Assembly: GCA_965248445.1 (NCBI GenBank) | Contig: CBDFJG010000004.1 | Span: forward strand, 1,376,001 to 1,440,000 | Direction: 5' to 3' | DNA: 64,000 nt | Source of the DNA: Planctomycetota bacterium | GTDB lineage: Bacteria; Planctomycetota; JAJSAM01; JAJVHW01 | Shown: positions 7,843-16,403 of the stretch, piece after piece | Layout: the number at the start of each line of letters is the position of its first letter | Numbering within the stretch: position 1 is the first letter of the stretch | Notes under the pieces: generated by a model | Told to the model about the DNA's origin: nothing | Databases searched by the model: none | The model's input: the letters and a program-made list of their open reading frames with translations, nothing else | Made by a program: the position numbers and the translations under genes

Positions 7843-9120
7843 ATGCGAGTGCTCGTCGTCGGCAGCGGTGGCCGCGAACACGTGCTGGCGTGGAAGATCC
7901 GGCAGAGCCCGCGCGTCAGCGAGGTGATCTGCGCCCCCGGTAACGCGGGCACGAGCGACGTCGCGCGGAACGTGAACGTGGCCGCGACCGACATCCCCGG
8001 AGTGCTGAAGCTCTGCCGCGTCGAGCGGATCGACTTCGCGGTCATCGGTCCGGAGGCGCCGCTCGCCGCCGGCATGGCGGACCGCCTGCGCGACGCCGGA
8101 GTGCGCGTGTTCGGGCCGGGGCAGACGGGCGCGCAACTCGAGTCCTCGAAGGCGTTCGCCAAGAGCCTCATGCAGAAGTACGCCATCCCGACGCCGTCCG
8201 CGCGCACGTTCCATCACTTCGAGAGCGCGCGCGCATACCTCGAGAACCAGATCCACTTCCCGGTCGTGCTGAAGGCGGACGGACTCGCGGCGGGCAAGGG
8301 CGTCGTGCTGCCGGAGACGGGGGAGGAAGCGATCGAAGCGGCGCGTGAGATGATGGAGGGGGAGCGTTTCGGCGACGCCGGCAAGACACTGCTCGTCGAG
8401 GAGTTCCTGCGCGGCGAGGAACTCTCGGTCCTGGCGCTGACTGACGGCCGCACGATCGCGGTTCTCGAGCCGTCGCAGGACCACAAGCGCGCACGCGACG
8501 ACGACCGGGGAGCGAACACCGGCGGGATGGGGGCGTACAGCCCGGCGCCGGTCGGCAGTCCCGAGATGATGTCGCGGGTGACCGAGGACGTCCTGGTACG
8601 CATCGTGCACGCCCTCGGCCGCGAGCGCATCGAGTACCGCGGCGTCATCTACGCCGGGATCATGGCGACCCGCGGCGGCCCGCGCGTCATCGAGTTCAAC
8701 GCGCGTTTCGGCGACCCGGAGGCGCAGGCCGTGCTGATGCGGACGCAGTCCGACCTCATGCCGTTGCTGGAGGGCTGCGCCGACGGCAAGCTCTCCGACG
8801 TCGAAGAGCTGACGTGGGATCCGCGCCCCGCGGTGTGCGTCGTCATGGCGTCGCGGGGGTATCCGGCTTCGTCCAGCAAGGGCGACGTGATCACCGGGCT
8901 CGAGGACGTCAAGGCCATGGACGACGTGGTCGTGTTCCACGCCGGGACCCGCCGCGAGGGGCACGACGTCGTCACGAACGGCGGCCGCGTGCTGGGTGTC
9001 ACCGCGCTGGGCGACACGATCCAGTCAGCACGCGACCGCGCTTATGAGGCCGCCGGGAAGATCTCGTTCGACGGCATGCACTTCCGCCGCGACATCGCGG
9101 CCCGTGCTCTCGATGGCTAG
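7843..9120 (+). CDS. purD: Phosphoribosylamine--glycine ligase
   Basis: MRVLVVGSGGREH, GPEAPL, KADGLAAGKGV, QDHKR, NTGGMGAYSP, EFNARFGDPE. Confidence 0.98.
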   Translation: MRVLVVGSGGREHVLAWKIRQSPRVSEVICAPGNAGTSDVARNVNVAATDIPGVLKLCRVERIDFAVIGPEAPLAAGMADRLRDAGVRVFGPGQTGAQLESSKAFAKSLMQKYAIPTPSARTFHHFESARAYLENQIHFPVVLKADGLAAGKGVVLPETGEEAIEAAREMMEGERFGDAGKTLLVEEFLRGEELSVLALTDGRTIAVLEPSQDHKRARDDDRGANTGGMGAYSPAPVGSPEMMSRVTEDVLVRIVHALGRERIEYRGVIYAGIMATRGGPRVIEFNARFGDPEAQAVLMRTQSDLMPLLEGCADGKLSDVEELTWDPRPAVCVVMASRGYPASSSKGDVITGLEDVKAMDDVVVFHAGTRREGHDVVTNGGRVLGVTALGDTIQSARDRAYEAAGKISFDGMHFRRDIAARALDG

Positions 9121-9124
9121 TCAG

Positions 9125-9943
9125 CTACCGCGCGCCGCGGAGCATGTTCAGGAAGCGCACGATCTTCTTGTGCACCTCGGGGTACTGGCGCACGACCAGG
9201 CGTCGCTCGTCCGCGCTCATCGAGACCTTCTCGTGCTCCCACGTCTCGGACTCGACGAACTCGCGGAGCATGTCGGCGATCTTCTCCGGATCGGAGAGAC
9301 CGCTCTCGACGATGGACTCCTCTTCCTCCTCGAACTCCGCACCGGATGAGCGCAGGTTCATGTCGGGGCCGGGAAAGTTCCGGATCTCGTGTGTCAGGTC
9401 GCCGATCGAGTAGATGCGCAGGACCGGTACGCCGCGCGCCGCTTCGGGCGTCGTGAACAGCAGGATGCGATTGCGCATCGCGAGCTTCGTCTTCGTCAGC
9501 CGCGTGATCAGTTGCGAGAGAGTGCGCAGGTTGACGTCGGTGAGCTTCAGGGTGAGCTTCGGCACGCCTTCGATGCCCTCGTTCTGGAGGGCGGGGCCGA
9601 CGATGACGTTGAACCCGGCGAGGCGGCCGATGTAGTCGATCGCCTCGTCGATCGGCATCTCCTTCCAGTCGACGCTCGTGCGGACCGCCGCGAGCCGACG
9701 AAGTGCCGCATTCATGTTCTTGGGCGCGGGCACCTTGCGCACGCGGCGCACCGCCGCGTTCGACTCGAGTTCGGTCGTCTTCTTGGCGTCGTCGGCCTTC
9801 TTCGTCAGCGCGGCGGCCTTCTTGCGCAGGGCGTCGAGCCGGTCGAGGACCGGTTTCTCGTCCGCCGCGGCGGATCCCGCCATGGCGAACGTCCCTGCAA
9901 GCAGCGCCGGAATGACGATCCGGCGATAGAGCAGTCTGGGCAT
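9125..9943 (-). CDS. Secreted protein with STN/secretin-N-like domains, no secretin barrel
   Basis: Signal peptide after GGAGG RBS; SVDWKEMPIDEAIDYI, RIYSIGDL, RLVVRQYPEVHKKIVRFLNMLR. Confidence 0.6.
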   Translation of the reverse strand: MPRLLYRRIVIPALLAGTFAMAGSAAADEKPVLDRLDALRKKAAALTKKADDAKKTTELESNAAVRRVRKVPAPKNMNAALRRLAAVRTSVDWKEMPIDEAIDYIGRLAGFNVIVGPALQNEGIEGVPKLTLKLTDVNLRTLSQLITRLTKTKLAMRNRILLFTTPEAARGVPVLRIYSIGDLTHEIRNFPGPDMNLRSSGAEFEEEEESIVESGLSDPEKIADMLREFVESETWEHEKVSMSADERRLVVRQYPEVHKKIVRFLNMLRGAR

Positions 9944-10037
9944 AGGTACCTCCAACTGCGAACCCCGACCGCTGCGAGTGTACCCGAGGTCGGCGGAGCG
10001 TGGTCCCGGCGCGCCGCCGTCGAGTAGAACCGTACCC

Positions 10038-10463
10038 ATGCACGAAGCCGTGGCTGAGGTCACCGAGTTCCTGCGAGACCGCGGCCTCCGCGTGACCGCG
10101 GCGCGCGGGCAGATCATCGAGACCGTCCTGGAGCTGGGCGGCCACTTCTCGGCCGACGAACTCCTGGCGGCCGTCAGCGCGCGCGGCCACCGGGCCAGCC
10201 GGGCGTCGGTCTATCGGACCCTGGCGCTGCTGGTGGATGGCGGGTTCGTGGAGAGCCGCGAGTTCCAGCGCGGCCAGCTCGCCTACGAGGTCATGGTCGG
10301 GCACGTGCACCACGACCACCTGATCTGCAACGCGTGCGGTCGCATCGTCGAGTTCGAGAACGACGAGATCGAGCAGCTCCAGGACGACGTCGCCGAAGCG
10401 CACGGGTTCACGTTGGAGTCGCATTCGTTGCGGCTCTTCGGCCGGTGCGCGGACTGCCGCTAG
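10038..10463 (+). CDS. fur: Fur-family transcriptional regulator
   Basis: GLRVT, HFSADEL, ASVYRTL, HHDHLICNACG, CADC. Confidence 0.93.
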   Translation: MHEAVAEVTEFLRDRGLRVTAARGQIIETVLELGGHFSADELLAAVSARGHRASRASVYRTLALLVDGGFVESREFQRGQLAYEVMVGHVHHDHLICNACGRIVEFENDEIEQLQDDVAEAHGFTLESHSLRLFGRCADCR

Positions 10464-10527
10464 GGAGTCGTCGTCAGTTCGCGGGCGGGGGTGGACCCCG
10501 CCCCTACGGGTTCACCGGGGCGGCCCG

Positions 10528-12189
10528 TCAGACGCGGACGAGGCAGGCGGTGGGGGAGCGGCCGCTCGTGAGCATGCGCGAGGTGTGGATCATGCCGTGC
10601 TTCTCAGCGAGAGCGGGCACGATCTCCTCGACGATGCGTCGCTGGTACTCCGGGTCCGGATCGCCGGGGCGCTCGCCCTTCGTGTACAGCTCCTTGTAGC
10701 GCGGCACGAGGGGCGACGCGTAGCTGTCCAGGAACACTTTGATGCGGGTGCGGGCCGAGCCGTGCAGGTTGAGCACCTCGGGGACGACCCATGACGCGCC
10801 GGCATCCGCCGCGCGCCGGATCATCTCCTCGAGCATGTTCTCGTCGTCGGTCAGGTCCGGCATGATCGGCGACAGGAGGAGCCCGACGGGGATGCCGCGC
10901 GAGCTGAGCGCGCGCATCGTCCTCAGTCGCTCCTTCACGCTCGACGTGCCGAGCTCGATCTTGTTGCGGATGCCCTCGACCGGCGTCTGCATCGCGATCA
11001 GGACGTTGGCGAGGTCCAGATCCGCCAGGTGCGCGAGGATGTCCGTGTCGCGCTGGATCAACTCCTGGCGGGTCTGCACGACCACCGGGTGCTGCAACGC
11101 GAGACACGTCTTCAGGATGTCCCGCGAGAGGTTGAAGCGTTCTTCGGCGGGCTGGTACGGGTCCGACGTGACGCCGAGGCCCAGAACGTGCCGCTCTCGG
11201 GGCAGCATCTCCGGCTCGCTCAGCTCTTCCGACAGCAACTGCGCTGCGTTCTGGACCACGGTGATACGGCGCTTGAAGTCCGCGTCGCCCTCGCCCTCGA
11301 ACTCCGAGCTGGTGCGCGCATTGCAGAACTCGCAGCGCAGCTGACAGCCGCGATACGGATCGGCGATGTGCGCCCAGGGGAGATGGTCGCTCTGTTGTGT
11401 CACCAGGAACGACGTGCCGAGCATCGGGAAGTAGTCGACGTCGCCGACGCCGCGGCGGGAGAGTGCCGCCGTCTGCTTGAGCGAGTCGCGGTCGAGTCCG
11501 CGCGTGCGGTCCGCGACCTCCGTCGCCGAGATGCCCTCGCAGAGCGCGCCGACCGGCAGCTCGAGCACGTGCGAGACGAGACGGAGCATGCGCGAGTCGT
11601 CCGTCTCGGACCATCGCTCGATCGACGGGATCACGAGCTCCGGCGCCAGAGTGCCGATCTCGTCGACCGCCTCGGCGATGGTGCGCCGCAGTTCGCTGGA
11701 CGCCATCGGCGCCATCCGCTCGAGGACCTTCATGCCGCGGTCGATGAAGTGGCGCAACAGACTCGGCCGGCCGATCTGACCGTCGACGACGATGCGCGCG
11801 ATGGTGCGCACGACAACGACGCGGACGGCGTCGTTCTCGGACTCGGCCCATTTCTCGGCCAGGTTCGAGACGGCGTCGGTGTGCACGAGCCAGAGCTGGG
11901 TCAGCGCGGCCTGGGCGCCGTGGGTGCGCACGTCCTCGTCCGAGTCGTGCGCCAGCTTGGCCACGTAGGGCAGGATCGTCTGGAAGCTGTCGCGGTCACG
12001 GGTGCCGATGACGCCGTAGCCCACGCCCGCCGCGATGCGGACCAGCTTGTCGGTGTGGAGGCTCCACTCTCGGAGCATCTCGAGCGCAGCCTCGGCGTCC
12101 CGCTGGTACAGACCGCGCACCGCAGCACCTGCCATGCGGGCGTGCTGCAGGCTCGGACGGGCGAGGAGACGGTCGAGGAGGCCTTGCAT
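10528..12189 (-). CDS. HEAT-repeat (AlkD-like) domain fused to SplB/Rv2578c-like radical SAM domain
   Basis: N-terminal helical repeats (LAHDSDEDVR, WAESENDAVR); DPYRGCQLRCEFCNAR (CxxxCxxC), TSDPYQPAE, PIMPDLTD. Confidence 0.8.
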   Translation of the reverse strand: MQGLLDRLLARPSLQHARMAGAAVRGLYQRDAEAALEMLREWSLHTDKLVRIAAGVGYGVIGTRDRDSFQTILPYVAKLAHDSDEDVRTHGAQAALTQLWLVHTDAVSNLAEKWAESENDAVRVVVVRTIARIVVDGQIGRPSLLRHFIDRGMKVLERMAPMASSELRRTIAEAVDEIGTLAPELVIPSIERWSETDDSRMLRLVSHVLELPVGALCEGISATEVADRTRGLDRDSLKQTAALSRRGVGDVDYFPMLGTSFLVTQQSDHLPWAHIADPYRGCQLRCEFCNARTSSEFEGEGDADFKRRITVVQNAAQLLSEELSEPEMLPRERHVLGLGVTSDPYQPAEERFNLSRDILKTCLALQHPVVVQTRQELIQRDTDILAHLADLDLANVLIAMQTPVEGIRNKIELGTSSVKERLRTMRALSSRGIPVGLLLSPIMPDLTDDENMLEEMIRRAADAGASWVVPEVLNLHGSARTRIKVFLDSYASPLVPRYKELYTKGERPGDPDPEYQRRIVEEIVPALAEKHGMIHTSRMLTSGRSPTACLVRV

Positions 12190-12349
12190 ACCGAGGACTC
12201 ATCGGCACGCGGGGCCCTCCCGGTTGACCGGCCGCGCGAGCCTACCCCAGCCTGGCCCGGATTGACGCCTCCGCGGGGTCGGCTAAGGTGCCCCTACGGT
12301 CGAGCGGGAGCAGCCGGCGCGCTGGCGCCGAGGATCAGGAGAAGCATCC

Positions 12350-13591
12350 GTGCGAAAGTCCCTTATTGCGGCGTCCTTGGTCGCGTTCCTCGCCTGCCCG
12401 GCCACTGCGCCGGCGGAGACAGTCGTGCTCGGCAACGGCGACGTCCTCGAAGGCAAGGTCGCCGACCACGGCGATCGCGTTCTCGTCACGACGGAGGACG
12501 GTGTCGTCTCCGTCAAGTGGCGCGACGTGGACGTCGTGCACCTCGACGACACCGCGCGCGACATCCTCGCCGCGCGCCGAGAGGCGGCCGGTGAGCGCGA
12601 CGCGAGCAAGCTCTACGCCGTCGCCCTTGCAGCCGTCCGTGCGGGCGTCCCGGACGAAGCCCTGGCGGCCGCGAAGGCCGTCGTCGCGATCGATCCGGAA
12701 CACGAGGGCGCGCGCGATCTGCTCGCGCAGCAGAAGGTCGACGGTGACTGGCTGTCGGGCGAAGCGCTCCTCGAGAAGAAGGGCTTCGTTCAGTACAGCG
12801 GCACCTGGATGCTCGCCGAGGAAGCGGCGCTACGAAAGGCGCGTGCCGACAAGCCCCGTCCGATGGATGAGGGTGAAGTGCGCGTGCAGGAACTCATCGC
12901 GCGCATGGCCAAGGGCGACGAGCGCGCGAAGAAGTTCGCGGCCGAAGCGATCGACGGTCTGCCGGACGAGTCGGTGGCCCGCCCGGCGCTGCGCGCGCTA
13001 CGCCGCGGCAAGACGGCGGAACGCGTCGTGGCCGCGGGGCTGCTGGCCAAGTGGGGCGACGTGGACGCGGTTCGCCCGCTCATCCGCGCGGCCGTCATGG
13101 ATCGCGAGTCGAGCGTGCGCACGGCCGCGATCGGGGCGCTCAAGAAGATCGAACACACCGACACGGCCCGACCGCTGGGCAAGGCCCTCTACAGCGAGAG
13201 CCCCGTCATCGCCGCCCACGCCGCGATGGCGCTCGGTGAGATCGGTGGCGCCGTGTCGATCGAGTACATCGTTCGTCGCGTGCAGAGCGGCGGCGGCCCC
13301 GGCGGGCGCAACCACATCTTCGTGGGACGCCAGATCAGCTACATCTCGGACTTCGATGTCGAGATCGCGCAGTTCTCGCAGATCGGCGATCCCATCGTCG
13401 GCACGATCCGCGAGGGCGTGATGCTCGACACGCGCGTGATCAGCGCGCGCGAGGAGTACACGACGGTCGAACGGCGCGCTTTCTACGGCGCGCTCCGCAA
13501 GGCGACCGGCCAGGACTTCGGCGAGAACGCCACCGCCTGGGCGAACTGGTGGGAAGACGAGGGTCGTGCTTCGATGACCGCGGCGAAGTAA
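12350..13591 (+). CDS. Secreted HEAT-repeat protein
   Basis: Signal peptide; ETVVLGNGDVLEGKV; DPEHEGARDLL; HEAT repeats; C-terminal KATGQDFGENATAWANWW. Confidence 0.75.
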   Translation: MRKSLIAASLVAFLACPATAPAETVVLGNGDVLEGKVADHGDRVLVTTEDGVVSVKWRDVDVVHLDDTARDILAARREAAGERDASKLYAVALAAVRAGVPDEALAAAKAVVAIDPEHEGARDLLAQQKVDGDWLSGEALLEKKGFVQYSGTWMLAEEAALRKARADKPRPMDEGEVRVQELIARMAKGDERAKKFAAEAIDGLPDESVARPALRALRRGKTAERVVAAGLLAKWGDVDAVRPLIRAAVMDRESSVRTAAIGALKKIEHTDTARPLGKALYSESPVIAAHAAMALGEIGGAVSIEYIVRRVQSGGGPGGRNHIFVGRQISYISDFDVEIAQFSQIGDPIVGTIREGVMLDTRVISAREEYTTVERRAFYGALRKATGQDFGENATAWANWWEDEGRASMTAAK

Positions 13592-13635
13592 CAGAGCCGG
13601 GTCCAGACGCCCCCTCCAGACATCCCAGTCCAAAC

Positions 13636-13672
13636 AGAACGGCCGCGGGTCCAGATGACCAGCGGCCGTTCT
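13636..13672. terminator. Hairpin between convergent genes (possible bidirectional terminator)
   Basis: AGAACGGCCGC...GCGGCCGTTCT 11-bp stem plus inner GGTC/GACC. Confidence 0.5.
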
Positions 13673-13712
13673 CGATTCGCGTGCTTCGCGACGGACTGCA
13701 TGTGGCGGGAGT

Positions 13713-13952
13713 CTACGTAGCGGGAGTCGCCTCGCCGCCGACGGCCTCGGTCCCCTCTTCTTCGTCCTTGTCCTTCTTCTTCTTCTTCGCCTTGCTCTTG
13801 AAGACGGTGCGGACCTTGGGAAGACCGAGGACGGAGTCGCCCTCGAGCCAGCGCCGGTCGTGACGCAGCTTCTCGATCCTCTCGGCGCGTGTCAGCACGC
13901 TCCGCTTGCCGAGAAGGCCGGAGTTCACCTTGAGGCTGCGATCGATCGACAT
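13713..13952 (-). CDS. PVC-type small basic protein (TIGR04137-like)
   Basis: MSIDRSLK...RSVLTRAERIEKL...W.EGDSVLGLPKVR with a Lys-rich tail; AGGAG RBS. Confidence 0.85.
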   Translation of the reverse strand: MSIDRSLKVNSGLLGKRSVLTRAERIEKLRHDRRWLEGDSVLGLPKVRTVFKSKAKKKKKDKDEEEGTEAVGGEATPAT

Positions 13953-13979
13953 CGTGTGCTCCTGGCCGGACCGGCCCTT

Positions 13980-14025
13980 CTGGTTCAGAGGGCGCCGTGC
14001 GGCTGGTTCAGAGGGCGCCATGCGG
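13980..14025. repeat. 23-bp tandem duplication
   Basis: CTGGTTCAGAGGGCGCC(G/A)TGCGG x2, 22/23 identical. Confidence 0.85.
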
Positions 14026-14036
14026 TCCCGAACAAT

Positions 14037-14978
14037 TCAGTCTGAGTCCGCGTGGGCGGCGGCGAAAGGTTTTCCCCGGAGCCGCCCGCAGGCCGAGACC
14101 GCCAGCCTGAGAGCGGCCTCCATGCTCCCCGCGTCGGCCAGGCCCCGGCCGGCGATGTCGCGGGCCGAACCGTGGTCCGGAGAGGTGCGGGGCACCGGGA
14201 GGCCGAGCGTCAGGTTGACCGCCGAGCCGCCGCAGAGGGCCTTGAGCGCGGCGAGACCCTGGTCGTGGAACATCGCCACGTGGGCATCGAAGCGCCTGCG
14301 AGTGCGCGGGGCGAACGCGCCGTCACCGGCCAGCGGCCCCTCGCAGTCGATGCCCTCGGCACGGCAGCGGGCAATCGCCGGGGCGATCGTCTCGGCGTCC
14401 TCGTGTCCGAGAACTCCGTCCTCGCCGGCGTGCGGATTCAGCCCGAGCACCGCGATGCGCGGCGCCTCGATCCCGAACCAGTCGCACAGTCCCCGATGGG
14501 TGTGGCGGACCGCGCGCACGATCGCGTCGTCCGTGACTGCCGCGGGGACGTCGCGCAGCGGCATGTGCGTCGTGACAAGCGCCACGCGGAGTTCGTCTCC
14601 GGCGAGCATCATCGTCGGCTGCGGCGCGTTCAGCCTGGCCCCCAGGAACTCCGTCTGGCCGGGAAACTCGAATCCCTGGCGGACGAGGTCATGCTTGGTG
14701 ACCGGCGCCGTCACGATGCCGTCGGCCCTGCCGTCGTTCGCGCGTCGGCACGCCTCTTCGAGCGCCCAGAGTGCGGACGGCGGGCCGGACTCCGGCGCCG
14801 GCTCGATCCGCGCGGGTACGGGGAGGCCGAGTGTGACCGCCGTGTCGGCGATCAGTTCCTGATCCCCGAGCACGGTGACGTCGGCACCGCCTGCCGCGTC
14901 GTTGGCGAGCGCGCGGACGAGCACCTCCGGCCCGATGCCGAGCGGATCTCCCTGGGTGACGACGAGTCGCGGTCTCAC
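14037..14978 (-). CDS. pdxA: 4-hydroxythreonine-4-phosphate dehydrogenase
   Basis: GDPLGIGPE, TAPVTK, GLNPHAGE, MFHDQGL, RTSPDHG. Confidence 0.95.
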   Translation of the reverse strand: MRPRLVVTQGDPLGIGPEVLVRALANDAAGGADVTVLGDQELIADTAVTLGLPVPARIEPAPESGPPSALWALEEACRRANDGRADGIVTAPVTKHDLVRQGFEFPGQTEFLGARLNAPQPTMMLAGDELRVALVTTHMPLRDVPAAVTDDAIVRAVRHTHRGLCDWFGIEAPRIAVLGLNPHAGEDGVLGHEDAETIAPAIARCRAEGIDCEGPLAGDGAFAPRTRRRFDAHVAMFHDQGLAALKALCGGSAVNLTLGLPVPRTSPDHGSARDIAGRGLADAGSMEAALRLAVSACGRLRGKPFAAAHADSD

Positions 14979-15065
14979 GTGATGCGTGGCTCCTGTTTCG
15001 AACACGCCACCTGAACGCGCCAACACGCGTCCGAAGTCCGTAAAGTCGCGGCGATCCGGCGCTTG

Positions 15066-16277
15066 CTACTCATCCGCCTGGCCGCGCGACAGCGCAACGA
15101 AGTTCTCGACGCAGATCGACACGGCGTCGGCGATCTCCGGTCCGGTTGGACCGGCGTACGTCACGCCCTTCCCTTGTGCTTTGAGCAGGGCCTTGCCGAC
15201 CTTCGACTCGAGCTTGTTGCGGGACTTCCCGAGCCGAGTCTGGAGCTTGTCCGAGTTCTGTTTGGCGGCGTCCTTGGCATAGGCGGCGAAGGCCCCCTGG
15301 CAGTAGGACGCGGCGAACTTCAGCAGCTTGCGTCGCAACGCGCGGTCGAACTTGCTCGCCGTGTCGGCGCCGAACAGGATGTCGATCGTGATCTCGTGTA
15401 TGTCCTGCCGCAGCGTCGTGTTCGAACTCCCGGCTTCGGAACCCGGCAGAAGGCAGTTGCCGCCCTTCTTCTCCGCCTTCTCGCAGGCCTTCGTGAAGCT
15501 CGACTGGAACTTGTTGTCCGCCTTGTCGAGGCACGCGGCTTCGCTGGTGCCCTCCGGGTCCTTCTCGGGCGGCCGCCCCGCCCGCTTGCCCATGCACTTC
15601 AGGAGCGAACCGGTGAGCTTGCCGGCGGCCGTCAGCTGACCCTTGCGGCACCGGCTCGTGTTCGGCGCTGTCTTCAGCGAGTACGCGACGGTGCCCCTGA
15701 TGCCGCCGAAGGCGCCGCTGCTGAACGGGAGTTGATAGCGGGTCACGTCCTGTATCAGGCCGCCGTCGGAACTCGCCCGGGCCTTGATGTCGAGCAGCGT
15801 GAGGTTGAAGTTGTAGGCGGGCAACGCCTGCGACTCGAGCAGGCGACCTGACGTCTCCGTGCCGGTCGCACTGATCGCGTAGTTGTCGGACACCGTCCCG
15901 GACGACGTCTTCGTGTTGTCTCCTATCTGAACGAACGCCGGGAGCCCGCCGTTGCAGCGCGCCTCGTAGCTCCCGACCTTGAGTACCACGTCCACAATCG
16001 AGCCGTGGTAGACGGTGACGTCGGGGTCCGTGACGTGCGGCTCGCCAACGGCCGTGGACTCGACCGTCCACGTCAGCGTGACGTCGGCGCCGAGGACCAC
16101 GCCGACGGCCGCGAGTTCCGAGACGACGGTCGCGTCCGATGGAAGCAGCGTGATCTCGCCGTAGACGGTGTTCTCGACCTCCGCGGCGTGGGCGCTTCCG
16201 GCCAGGAGCCCCGCGCAAACGACCGTGGCCAGCGCCGCAGTTCGCCGAACCGACGAAGACGCTCCGCAAGTCCCCAT
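15066..16277 (-). CDS. Secreted hypothetical protein with Cys/Lys-rich helical C-terminal domain
   Basis: Signal peptide (GSAHA-AE); beta-rich N-half; C-half CRKGQL..KCMGK..ACLDKA..ACEKAEKKGGNC. Confidence 0.7.
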   Translation of the reverse strand: MGTCGASSSVRRTAALATVVCAGLLAGSAHAAEVENTVYGEITLLPSDATVVSELAAVGVVLGADVTLTWTVESTAVGEPHVTDPDVTVYHGSIVDVVLKVGSYEARCNGGLPAFVQIGDNTKTSSGTVSDNYAISATGTETSGRLLESQALPAYNFNLTLLDIKARASSDGGLIQDVTRYQLPFSSGAFGGIRGTVAYSLKTAPNTSRCRKGQLTAAGKLTGSLLKCMGKRAGRPPEKDPEGTSEAACLDKADNKFQSSFTKACEKAEKKGGNCLLPGSEAGSSNTTLRQDIHEITIDILFGADTASKFDRALRRKLLKFAASYCQGAFAAYAKDAAKQNSDKLQTRLGKSRNKLESKVGKALLKAQGKGVTYAGPTGPEIADAVSICVENFVALSRGQADE

Positions 16278-16403
16278 GACACTCCCCTCCCGTGTGCGCC
16301 GGAGCCCTGCGCCACGGGTGTCATCCCGGAGCCGCGGGCTTCCGCGATCCGCCTGGATCGTCGCGGAGTGAGGCGTCCTCGTCAATGTTCTGGAAGAGCC
16401 GCA

